Assembly: GCA_016840465.1 (NCBI GenBank)
Contig: JAEOSH010000048.1
Location: 1 to 17,709 of the forward strand
Direction of reading: 5' to 3'
Length of the DNA stretch: 17,709 bases
Source: Candidatus Baldrarchaeum yapensis
GTDB taxonomy: Archaea; Asgardarchaeota; Baldrarchaeia; Baldrarchaeales; Baldrarchaeaceae
Notes under the pieces: model-generated
The model's input: only the letters and a program-made list of their open reading frames with translations
Database searches by the model: none
What the model was told of the DNA's origin: nothing
Translations under genes and position numbers: made by a program
In this document: in pieces, positions 8,093 to 16,509 of the stretch
How the letters are laid out: each line of letters begins with the position of its first letter
Position numbering within the stretch: the stretch's first letter is position 1

Positions 8093-8932
8093 TCACCTCG
8101 TCTCCGTGATGATTATCCTCTCGGCATCCTCCCTCTCCTCCCAAACTTCCCTTACCCCTTCCGGATCCTCGGTGACCGCTACAACAGCTGGCCCGGTCCC
8201 CGAAACTGCCGCCGCGATTGCGCCCGCCTTTAAGGCTTCAAATATCGGGCTCGTGTCATATCCCAGTAAGGCCGCATAAAGAATTCCGTTTATTACCATT
8301 GCCTCCCTCCACTTTCCGGCAAGCGCCAATTTGAACGCCTCTTCCACGTAGGGTGCCACTATTTTGAAGTTTACACCCTTGAGGGACCCCTTGCTGACCC
8401 TCTTCCTCGGCACAAGTATCACGACTGGCAGTCGATCAACCTCCTCCCGCTTGATCAATTCCGTATTGATGTTATCGGTGATGCACAAACCTCCTAGGAG
8501 GGAGGCGCACGCATCGTCGAACGCTCCCGTTATGGTAACACCAGCGACCTTTGCGGCCTCCACTCCGAGTTTTATTACCTCTAAGGGATCGAGTTTCTCC
8601 CCGATGGCATCTAAAACTGCGGATACTAGGGCGTTTGCTGCCGCGCTGCTACTTTTAAGTCCTCTCGATATTGGAATTTCCGAGCGGATGAATACTCTCA
8701 ACCCTCCCTCTATTCCAAATTTGCGAAACATGACCTCCTTGACGGCCCTCACAAGATCAAAATCACATACTTCCTCCGTCCCATCAATTCGAATTTCCCC
8801 CTCAATGACATCCTCATCAACTATTTCAATGTGTGCCTCCGTCCTCAGTTTTATTCCAATTGCTGCACCTTTTCCGGTGGCTATCGCGTTTATTACCGTG
8901 ATCGCACCGTAGGCTTCACCCTTCCCCCTCAT
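8093..8932 (-). CDS. aroK: Archaeal (GHMP-family) shikimate kinase
   Basis: GAITVINAIATGKGAAIGI, IPISRGLKSSSAAAN, TGAFDDA, SGTGPA. Confidence 0.95.
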   Translation of the reverse strand: MRGKGEAYGAITVINAIATGKGAAIGIKLRTEAHIEIVDEDVIEGEIRIDGTEEVCDFDLVRAVKEVMFRKFGIEGGLRVFIRSEIPISRGLKSSSAAANALVSAVLDAIGEKLDPLEVIKLGVEAAKVAGVTITGAFDDACASLLGGLCITDNINTELIKREEVDRLPVVILVPRKRVSKGSLKGVNFKIVAPYVEEAFKLALAGKWREAMVINGILYAALLGYDTSPIFEALKAGAIAAAVSGTGPAVVAVTEDPEGVREVWEEREDAERIIITETR

Positions 8933-9791
8933 TTTCCTCCACCCCTAATGCTTTCAGTGCCGCATTTCTCATAATTCGAATATCGGGATAGTGCCCTGTC
9001 CAGAGTTTAAAGCTCTCTGCCCCCTGGAGAACCAGCATCCACAACCCGTCTATCGTTGTACATCCCGCTTTCATGGCGTCCCTGAGAAGTTTAGTATGCA
9101 ACGGCCTGTAAACTATGTCGAAGACCACCAATCCGGGTCTTAGCAAGTGTTCCGGCACCAAACTCTCATTCGACTCCATGCCCACCGATGTGGCGTTTAT
9201 CAGAATGTCCGCATCTCTCAGTTCGTTCTCGAGATTCCTTACGCTCAGCCGCATTCCACGAACTGTTGAGCCGTTATTTGCAAGGTTTCTGGCGAGATTT
9301 ACCGCCTTTTCTTCGGTTCTGTTCAGAATTGCGAGTTCGGAAACCCTGCCGGAAAGGGTATACGCAATCGCCCTTGCGGCCCCTCCAGCTCCGAGCAACA
9401 CCACTTTTTTCCCATCCACGTCGGTGAACATCTCAAGGGATTTCAATGCGCCCACACCGTCGGTGTTGTAACCCTTAAGTGTCCCACCTTCGTTGACGAT
9501 CGTGTTTACCGCACCTATCTTCCGAGCGTCCTCCGATACCTCATCCAGATACTTCACAACCTCTATTTTGTGGGGCATCGTCACGTTTGCTCCCCCTATA
9601 CCCAACGATCTGATCCCCTCAACCGCCTTTCCGAGGTCTTGCGGCTCAACCTCGAATGCCACGTACACGAAGTTCAGGTTAAGGGCTCTTATGGCGGCGT
9701 TGTGCATTACCGGGCTCAGCGAGTGCCTCACAGGTTTTCCTATCAGGCATAAAACCCTAGTGCTCGCATCTATTATTGCAAGACCCTCCAA
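8916..9791 (-). CDS. aroE: Shikimate dehydrogenase
   Basis: HSLSPVMHN, NVTMPHK, GAVNT, NTDGVG, GAGGAARA, NATSVGM, DGLWMLVLQGA. Start is TTG 9791 or ATA 9776. Confidence 0.96.
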   Translation of the reverse strand: MEGLAIIDASTRVLCLIGKPVRHSLSPVMHNAAIRALNLNFVYVAFEVEPQDLGKAVEGIRSLGIGGANVTMPHKIEVVKYLDEVSEDARKIGAVNTIVNEGGTLKGYNTDGVGALKSLEMFTDVDGKKVVLLGAGGAARAIAYTLSGRVSELAILNRTEEKAVNLARNLANNGSTVRGMRLSVRNLENELRDADILINATSVGMESNESLVPEHLLRPGLVVFDIVYRPLHTKLLRDAMKAGCTTIDGLWMLVLQGAESFKLWTGHYPDIRIMRNAALKALGVEENEGEG

Positions 9792-10432
9792 ACGCTCCTC
9801 ACCTCATCAACCGTCAGTTGCCCACTGGCGGTTTCCTTCCCCCTCGATACGGATGCGTATGTAAATGGAGCACCAAAAAGCGGCGCGAGTATCCTGGAGA
9901 TCCTACCCAGATCCCCCATGCAGAATGCAACGGTTGGTATGTTCTTTGGCTCGGCAACCAGCCTCAGAGCGATAATGTTATCCTCCATCCTACGGGCATA
10001 CGTTACTATTTTTGCAATGTCGGCACCACTTCCGGCAATGGCGTCCCGTATTTTCACCAGCTCTTCGAAAGGGGGCGTTTTCTCGAAATCGTGATGGGAA
10101 ACTATGACTTTAACTCCATGCCTCCTCGCAAGGCGTATGACATCATCGCGAATGTCCGAATTCAGTTCTATATCAATGTACCGTGGTTTTATCTTTATAA
10201 ACCGCCTAAACGCTTCAAACCTCTCCCTTTCGCTTCCGGTGAAGGCCCCACCCTCTTTCGCCGTCCTGATGGTAATTATAAGCTTGTCGGAAAACTCTCT
10301 CAGAGAGTCAAACCCATTGAAGTCCTGCAGGAAGTCCGCGCGGATCTCAATAAGATCCGCCTTTTCACCCACACTTTCCACATCTGCGATGGCTTCCTTG
10401 ATTGTTTTCGCCTTCACACATGCGACTATCAA
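9773..10432 (-). CDS. aroD: Type I 3-dehydroquinate dehydratase
   Basis: EIRADFL, TIRTAKEGG, YIDIEL, SHHDFEKTP, IAKIV, MGDLGRISR, ASGQL. Start moved to TTG 10432 (TTGA overlap with the aroB stop, after GGAGGT). Confidence 0.95.
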   Translation of the reverse strand: MIVACVKAKTIKEAIADVESVGEKADLIEIRADFLQDFNGFDSLREFSDKLIITIRTAKEGGAFTGSERERFEAFRRFIKIKPRYIDIELNSDIRDDVIRLARRHGVKVIVSHHDFEKTPPFEELVKIRDAIAGSGADIAKIVTYARRMEDNIIALRLVAEPKNIPTVAFCMGDLGRISRILAPLFGAPFTYASVSRGKETASGQLTVDEVRSVWRVLQ

Positions 10433-11481
10433 TTTGCAACCTCCGTCAACGCCTCGAGGATCAAATCTTCCGGTACCTCCATTATTCTCACGGATCCTAT
10501 CCTCTCCGGCAAAATCATGACCTGCCTTCCATACCACGCCTTTTTATCGACCTTTATTGCCTCCATTATCCTCTTCGGGTCCAAGTTGTGCCTCGTGGGC
10601 AACCCCAAGGTTTCTAAGAGCCCAATCACCCTGTCCGTTTCCCTGAAGCCCAATAGTTTCTCGGCAATTAGGCAACACACGACGATGCCCACCGACACCG
10701 CGAACCCATGCTTTATCCGGTAGTTCGATGCACTCTCTATCCCGTGTCCGATCGTATGCCCGAGGTTTAGAATCCTCCGTTTGTCAGACTCTCTAAGGTC
10801 CTCCTCGACGACCTGCACTTTCAACATCACACATCTCTTGACAATATTTGTTACAATGTCCTTATCTTGCGCGAGCACCGCTCTTGCGTTTTCTTCCAGG
10901 TACTCGAAGAAGTTTCTGTCCATTATGATGCCGTACTTCGCAACTTCCGCCAGTCCGTTCAGGTACTCTTCCCGCGGAAGCGTTTGCAGAGTCTGGGGGT
11001 CTATCAGAACGACGTTTGGGGGATAGAACGTTCCAATGATGTTCTTGCCTATGAAGTTTACGCCCGTCTTACCCCCGATTGCGGCATCCACCTGGGCCAT
11101 GAGGGTTGTGGGGATGAGGATCAAAAGTATCCCGCGCATGTACGTCGAGGCGACGAACCCCGCGAGATCGGTTATGACGCCGCCGCCCAAACCTATGAGT
11201 AGGCTTTTCCTCGTAAACCCATTTTTTATCATCTTACTCCATATCTCGATCGCTGTCTCTATGCTCTTTGCGTCCTCTCCATCCCTTACTAAAAATAGAG
11301 AGATGTCGCCGTCAAGGGATTGAAGTACGGCGTCTAACCAGAATTTCGCGACGACGTCGTTTGTCAGGACTCCCACCTTGAACGGAGAAAGTTCATCGAC
11401 CCATCCGCGTAGATCGCCGAGACTGTTCCATCCTATCACTATTTTCCCCACTATTGCCGACTCTATTACCTCGGTATCCAT
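10429..11481 (-). CDS. aroB: 3-dehydroquinate synthase
   Basis: [56 protein letters not shown]. Confidence 0.97.
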   Translation of the reverse strand: MDTEVIESAIVGKIVIGWNSLGDLRGWVDELSPFKVGVLTNDVVAKFWLDAVLQSLDGDISLFLVRDGEDAKSIETAIEIWSKMIKNGFTRKSLLIGLGGGVITDLAGFVASTYMRGILLILIPTTLMAQVDAAIGGKTGVNFIGKNIIGTFYPPNVVLIDPQTLQTLPREEYLNGLAEVAKYGIIMDRNFFEYLEENARAVLAQDKDIVTNIVKRCVMLKVQVVEEDLRESDKRRILNLGHTIGHGIESASNYRIKHGFAVSVGIVVCCLIAEKLLGFRETDRVIGLLETLGLPTRHNLDPKRIMEAIKVDKKAWYGRQVMILPERIGSVRIMEVPEDLILEALTEVAN

Positions 11482-12263
11482 CTCCTTACCTCCGAAATAA
11501 GTCTTCTGAAGTCCTCGAATGTGAGGCTCTGGGGGCCATCGGATAGAGCCTCTGAGGGATTGGGGTGCACCTCCACCATTATCCCATCGGCACCAACAGC
11601 GGCCGCTGCCCTCGCCAATGGGATTACGAGGCTTCTCTTCCCGGCGGCATGAGATGGGTCCACAATCACGGGAAGATGGCTCAGTTCCTTAACCACGGGA
11701 ACCGCCGATATGTCGAGGGTGAACCTCGTCGACGGCTCAAAAGTTCTTATTCCCCTCTCGCACAGGATCACGTTCTCGTTTCCCTCGAGCATTATGTACT
11801 CGGCGGCAAGCAGCCACTCCTCAATGGTGGATGAAAATCCCCTTTTCAGCAGCACAGGCATTTTTCTCTTTCCGACTTCCCTGAGCAACGGTGTATTCTG
11901 CATATTTCTGGCGCCTATCTGCAACATGTCCGCGTACTTTGCAACGAGATCCACATGTCTGGTATCGAGAACTTCCGTAACAACGGGCAATCCGGTCTCA
12001 TCACTCGCTTCCCTAAGCCATTTCAGTGCTTCCTCACCGAGTCCTTGGAAGGAGTATGGCGACGTCCGAGGCTTGAAAGCCCCTCCCCTCAGCATGTCGG
12101 CGCCCACTTCCTTTAGGAACCTTGCGGTTTCCAGGATCTGCTCCCTGCTCTCCACCGAGCACGGTCCCGCTATTATTACGAAATCCTCGCCTATCTTTCG
12201 TCCCCCCACTTCTACCACGGTTTTTTCGCGATGTTCCTTACTTGTAAGCTTGAACTTCTTCAT
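11466..12263 (-). CDS. aroF: DAHP synthase class I-beta, catalytic barrel only
   Basis: [59 protein letters not shown]. Start is ATG 12263 (ATGA overlap with transketolase beta), giving 265 aa. Confidence 0.96.
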   Translation of the reverse strand: MKKFKLTSKEHREKTVVEVGGRKIGEDFVIIAGPCSVESREQILETARFLKEVGADMLRGGAFKPRTSPYSFQGLGEEALKWLREASDETGLPVVTEVLDTRHVDLVAKYADMLQIGARNMQNTPLLREVGKRKMPVLLKRGFSSTIEEWLLAAEYIMLEGNENVILCERGIRTFEPSTRFTLDISAVPVVKELSHLPVIVDPSHAAGKRSLVIPLARAAAAVGADGIMVEVHPNPSEALSDGPQSLTFEDFRRLISEVRRWIPR

Positions 12264-13195
12264 TTCACCACCTCCTCCGCCGCTCTCACTATACTTTCGA
12301 TGTCGAGACCGTAGTGTTTGAGAAGAGATACGTAGTTCCGCGAGCACGTTCCGAAGGTATCCCTGATGCCGACCCTCTTCATGCGAACCGGGTACTCTTC
12401 GGAAATCTCCTCCAAAATTGCGCTTCCCAGTCCCCCGAAGATGTTGTGCTCCTCTACCGCTACAAATGCGCCGGTGCGACTCGCCATATTTATGAGTGTC
12501 CTCCTATCGAGGGGCTTAATTGTGTGCACGTCGATAACAGCGGCGTTTATGCCTCTTTTCTTCAGAATTTTCGCTGCATGAAGGGCCATCGCCGTCATGA
12601 CCCCACATGCCGCTATGCAAACATCATCGCCGTCCTCAAGGCGATTTATCTTTCCCATTTTTATCTCGGATTCGTCCTCGTAAACTCTTGGGGCGTAATC
12701 TCTGCCTATTCTCATATATGCGGGCCCATGCCTCTGGAAAATTTCGAAAAGGAGTTTTCTGGTGGAGACAGCATCGGCAGGCACCACGACGTTCATGTTT
12801 GGGATGACCCTCATGATCGCAATATCCTCCAGCGACTGATGGGAGGAACCGTCAAGATAATCGGATAATCCGGCATGTGTGGCAACAAATTTCACATTAA
12901 GGCGGTCCCGCGCAACCGTATTGCGTATCTGTTCCCAAGCTCTCATAAGGAACATTGAGAATGCGGACACTAGAGGGAGTTTCCCTGCAATTGCGAGGCC
13001 CGCGGCGGTTCCAACGAGGTCCTGTTCACTGATCCCAACTTGGATGAACCTGTGGGGGAACCTTTCGGCGAACTTCTTGGTCATCGTGGAGCGCGCAACG
13101 TCGGCGTCCAGTACGACGAGGTGTTCCAGTTTCTCACCCAGCTCTAATAACGCCTCGGCAAACGCTCCCCTGTAGCTTTCCACCGTGAAGTTCAC
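12260..13195 (-). CDS. Transketolase, C-terminal (beta) subunit
   Basis: [55 protein letters not shown]. Confidence 0.95.
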   Translation of the reverse strand: MNFTVESYRGAFAEALLELGEKLEHLVVLDADVARSTMTKKFAERFPHRFIQVGISEQDLVGTAAGLAIAGKLPLVSAFSMFLMRAWEQIRNTVARDRLNVKFVATHAGLSDYLDGSSHQSLEDIAIMRVIPNMNVVVPADAVSTRKLLFEIFQRHGPAYMRIGRDYAPRVYEDESEIKMGKINRLEDGDDVCIAACGVMTAMALHAAKILKKRGINAAVIDVHTIKPLDRRTLINMASRTGAFVAVEEHNIFGGLGSAILEEISEEYPVRMKRVGIRDTFGTCSRNYVSLLKHYGLDIESIVRAAEEVVK

Positions 13196-14307
13196 TAGCC
13201 CTCACCCGTATGGGCAATTATTACCTTCGGCGCGCCCCTCACCCTTTCCGCCTTCATTAACGCATCCAGAATTTGCCCGTGATCATGCCCATCTACCTCG
13301 AAGACCTCCCAGCCAAACACCTTCCACCTCTCACGGAGCGGCTCCTTCGACTTTATGCCCTCGGTGGGACCATTGAGCTGGCTTCCGTTCCTATCCACGA
13401 TCGCAATTACATTATCCAGCCGGTAATGGGCGGCGGTCATGGCGGCCTCCCATATTTGTCCCTCGTCAAGCTCTCCATCCCCGAGTATCACGTAAACGTT
13501 CTTTCGCACACCATCCATCTTTGACGCCAGAGCAATGCCGTTCGCTACCGATAACCCTTGACCCAGAGACCCCGTGGAGACCGCAACCAAGGGAACCCCT
13601 CTTTTTGCGTGCGTCGGCAGTTTAGATCCGAGGTCTCCGAACGTTTTGAGGTCATCATCTTTTATGAATCCAAACTCCGCAAGTATGACGTAAAGCGCCG
13701 GGACGCAGTGCCCCTTGCTCAGGATCAGAACATTGTCGTCCGGTTTGGCGTTATCCAGGATGAACCACTTCGTGAGCAGGACTAGCAGTATGTCCAGCAC
13801 GGATAGCGACGAGCCGAGGTGCCAGTTTCCAACAGGTTTTAGAACCTCCCTCAGCCTCTGCTTGAGCTTCCACGACAACTCTCTGAGATGCACACTAATA
13901 GCCGCGGAGATATCTTCCGGTTTTTGACAGGAGATCTGATGGACATCCAGGACTCTTACCTCGTTCTGGCAATCAACTTTCCCATTCATATCGGCGCTAC
14001 AGCCCATCCGACCGCAGTCGTGCCTGTACTCACAACAGCCTTTGTCATTTTCGGATGCCGAGATGAGCGCGAGAACAAGTCTGCCCAATTCGGTGATCTC
14101 CACGTTCTTGGGCGCGTTTTTGCTACCATAGTCTATTAGTCCCAGGTCTTTTAGTATTTTGGCGTTCAGTTTCAGGGTCGATGGAGAAATCGAGTACTTC
14201 TCCGAGAGGTACGAGACAAGGGAGTTCAGGGAGGAAAACTTTCCGTCCGCGTGCGAGAGAATCAGAATCTGTTTCTCGTTGAGGGCCCTGCGCAGAAGTC
14301 TACCCAT
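13195..14307 (-). CDS. Fusion: winged-helix regulator (Tar-like) + Cys-rich linker + transketolase N-terminal (alpha) subunit
   Basis: aa 1-84 wHTH-like (SLNSLVSYLSEKYSISPSTLKLNAKILKDLGLIDY...VEITELGRLVL); aa ~85-135 linker with 6 Cys; aa ~136-370 transketolase (HLGSSLS, LSKGH, STGSLGQG, TPP motif GDGELDEG...IVDRN). The frame stays open to 14382, so the true start may be further upstream. Confidence 0.85.
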   Translation of the reverse strand: MGRLLRRALNEKQILILSHADGKFSSLNSLVSYLSEKYSISPSTLKLNAKILKDLGLIDYGSKNAPKNVEITELGRLVLALISASENDKGCCEYRHDCGRMGCSADMNGKVDCQNEVRVLDVHQISCQKPEDISAAISVHLRELSWKLKQRLREVLKPVGNWHLGSSLSVLDILLVLLTKWFILDNAKPDDNVLILSKGHCVPALYVILAEFGFIKDDDLKTFGDLGSKLPTHAKRGVPLVAVSTGSLGQGLSVANGIALASKMDGVRKNVYVILGDGELDEGQIWEAAMTAAHYRLDNVIAIVDRNGSQLNGPTEGIKSKEPLRERWKVFGWEVFEVDGHDHGQILDALMKAERVRGAPKVIIAHTGEG

Positions 14308-14342
14308 TCCGGCCGCGTTGGGCTTTCTACGGATGATGTTTA

Positions 14343-14378
14343 TTAACTCCTCGGTAATGGATATTGGCAGAACAACAT
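14343..14378 (-). other. SD-led 11-codon uORF MLFCQYPLPRS, or the frameshifted true start of the fusion gene
   Basis: GAGGTGA (14389-14383) + 4 nt + ATG, the same spacing as tyrA and the 17199 gene, but out of frame with the downstream ORF. Confidence 0.5.
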
Positions 14379-14428
14379 CGCCTCACCTCAGCTCTTGTAG
14401 GACCCTTTCTCATCATTTCACCCTTCCA

Positions 14429-14461
14429 TTTTAAAGTCTGACGGGCAACTTTACCTATCCA
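14429..14461 (-). promoter_or_regulatory. Putative aro operon promoter: Tar-like box TGGATA-N8-TGCCCG (14461-14442) + 6 nt + TATA box TTTAAAA (14435-14429)
   Basis: Directly read from the sequence; 9/12 match to TGGACA-N8-TGTCCA with exact spacer; correct orientation and distance to the SD. Confidence 0.6.
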
Positions 14462-14652
14462 CGAGCGTGAGAAGAAGACCGCTACGCCCTGCCTCGTGTT
14501 CCAAATGTTTCAGCGAAGTTTCAAGCGTTGTCCCGTGTATCCCGCCCGTTCACATCATGAGGACAGTTATCGCACTATGCTTTTCAAGTATCGCCTTTAA
14601 ACCGAAGTCAATCCCGCTCACATCCGGTATCTGCATCTGCATTAGCCTCCTG

Positions 14653-14907
14653 CTACCATAACAACTCAAGCCTCCGCTCATCTCTCCTCCGCTCCCTGTA
14701 CAACTCCCTTAGCGCCTTATCGGCAATATCGGAAGATACCGGTTTGCATGCCTCCAGCAATAACCGAGGGTTCTTCCTTCTCCTGTACATGAGAAGGAAC
14801 CAGATCGCCTCGTCGAGGGTGACCCTCCTTCCCAGCTTTATCTGTAACTCCGACACGATCCTCAACAGCTCCCTCTTAACCTCCTCACCGATGAGAATCA
14901 CAGCCAT
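14653..14907 (-). CDS. VapB-type antitoxin-like protein, no toxin downstream
   Basis: MAVILIGEEVKRELLRIVSELQIKLGRRVTLDEAIWFLL...ALRELYRERRRDE resembles crenarchaeal VapB; SD GAGGT present. Confidence 0.65.
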   Translation of the reverse strand: MAVILIGEEVKRELLRIVSELQIKLGRRVTLDEAIWFLLMYRRRKNPRLLLEACKPVSSDIADKALRELYRERRRDERRLELLW

Positions 14908-14921
14908 ACAGGGTTACCTCA

Positions 14922-15179
14922 TCATTCAAAACCTGTCGAGGAGAGTTTTCTGGACAGTTCCTTCTCCCCCTCCTCTATCAGACGCTCCTCGTCGACGGGC
15001 TTGCCGAGAGTCGATGAGCATTCCTCTATCGGATCGAATTTTCCACCAGGAATCAATATCAACCTCCCGGCGTCCAAAATGCATATTAACTCATTGTTCT
15101 CCTTTATCCCCAGCTTCCTCCGGACAACCGCTGGCAACTTCACGATCCCGTTACGGTATACCTTAATTCTGTAAATCAT
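14922..15179 (-). CDS. AbrB/MazE/SpoVT-family DNA-binding protein (antitoxin-like)
   Basis: KVYRNGIVKLPAVVRRKLGIKENNEL...LILIP signature. Confidence 0.85.
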   Translation of the reverse strand: MIYRIKVYRNGIVKLPAVVRRKLGIKENNELICILDAGRLILIPGGKFDPIEECSSTLGKPVDEERLIEEGEKELSRKLSSTGFE

Positions 15180-15269
15180 ATGACCACCAACGTCGGAGGC
15201 ACCCCTTCACTTAATGTGTTGTCATTTATTTTTATGGCAATAGGTGGTTGCATTATCCTCTGTGGCACG

Positions 15270-15572
15270 TACGCAACAGCCGAGGAGTACTTGAAGGCGC
15301 TCACCTACCACTTCAACTTCAGGGACATAATAAGCGAAGTGATGGGGAGGGGAAGGTGAACCGTGACGTCTCTCGAGAAAGCGATGGAGAGAATCTCGGA
15401 TGTCATCGGCGCCTGGTTCGAAGGTGGATGGGATAAGGCAAACTACCTCCACGTGTGGGGATTCCATGAGGCAAAGTTAAATGTCGAGGCCGTGAAAAGA
15501 AGATTCCCCCACCTAGAGAAAATGGTCAACGAATCCCTAAAGATAGTCCGTAGCCTCCATCACAAAGGGTAG
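15270..15572 (+). pseudogene. PaREP1-family (HEPN-like) pseudogene, 5' truncated, with a nonsense codon
   Basis: In-frame YATAEEYLKALTYHFNF...GRGR*TVTSLEKA...WDKANYLHVWGFHEAKL. TGA at 15357-15359 replaces the expected Trp (TGG) of GRWT. Confidence 0.8.
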
Positions 15573-15728
15573 GACACTTACACGATAAGGGCCGTTACTG
15601 CAGTATGAAAACCATGTAAAAAGAAATTAGGAGTAAATAGAGGTCGCGGCTCCCCATTATCTTCAATTCATTCCTGCCATGTGGAAGAATACAAATATTC
15701 GACCAGATATACTCAGAATGGGGTCTGC

Positions 15729-16228
15729 ATGTCAGAGGTCATAGTTCTTCCCAAAGCGATTGTAGATAGGGTTAGAAAGGAGGCGGAGAGGCGCGGTCTC
15801 TCGCTCGGAGATTACATTATCGACCTCCTATCTCAGGGTCTGGACCCAAAAGACAGAGCCAGGGAGTACGTCATTGTTGCTGAGGAGTTATTAAACAGGC
15901 CGAAGAGGAGTTGAAAAAGGAAGACCTGAGGCAGGCCGCCGAGAAGGCGTGGGAAGCAGCCGCCTTGGCTGTGAAGGATTATGCGTACTGGAAGGAGGGC
16001 AAACATCTTTCGAGCCATGGCGAGTTATGGGAGTACAGTAGGGTCATTTCCGAAGACCTGGGAACTTGGGTGTTAGAGGTGTGGAATCAGGCATCGGGAA
16101 TGCATACATGCTTTTACGAGGGGTGGTGCACGAAAGAACATGTTGACGCCACCCTGAAATTCATAGAAAAACTCGTAAACGCAATTGCCGAGATGGTATT
16201 GAAGGATAAAACTCTCCGGACAAGTTAA
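15729..16228 (+). pseudogene. PaREP1-family gene split by a one-base frameshift
   Basis: MSEVIVLPKAIVDRVRKEAERRGLSL...LDPKDRAREY...ELL continues in the -1 frame as QAEEELKKEDLRQAAEKAWEAAALAVK...SHGELWEY...MHTCFYEGW. Junction at TTAAAC 15891-15896. Confidence 0.85.
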
Positions 16229-16509
16229 GACATACAAAGTATGAGTGGTAGAAGTTCCATTAGGTTTGGGAATTCGGCCCGAAAGAAGGTATCTTGTCAC
16301 GTATCCGAACATTCGAGAAATATGCTTTCAACGTGAGCACTCATATTGATCCTTGAGATTGCTCTTTTTCCTACAAATCGAATCTCCTACCGATAATATA
16401 AACCCTTTACTCCTCCGCTCATGAACTCCCATAACTCCTATAACCTTCCATCTAACCGTATTTTATCACTCATTCACACATATCACGCGAACTACAACCG
16501 CGCATCTTG

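Noticed and set aside
9776-10723. 315-aa plus-strand ORF, plus the many shorter plus-strand ORFs across 3728-14434
   Set aside because: Antisense to well-supported aro genes; composition not protein-like.
14327-14416. Short minus-strand ORF MMRKGPTRAEVRRCC... after GGGTGA
   Set aside because: Starts only 13-16 nt below the TATA box, likely upstream of the transcription start.
16225-16473. Minus-strand frame beginning MSDKIRLDGRL with in-frame TAG/TGA codons (pseudogene or pyrrolysine idea)
   Set aside because: Three internal stops in 83 codons is about the random expectation; no family motif or pyl genes.
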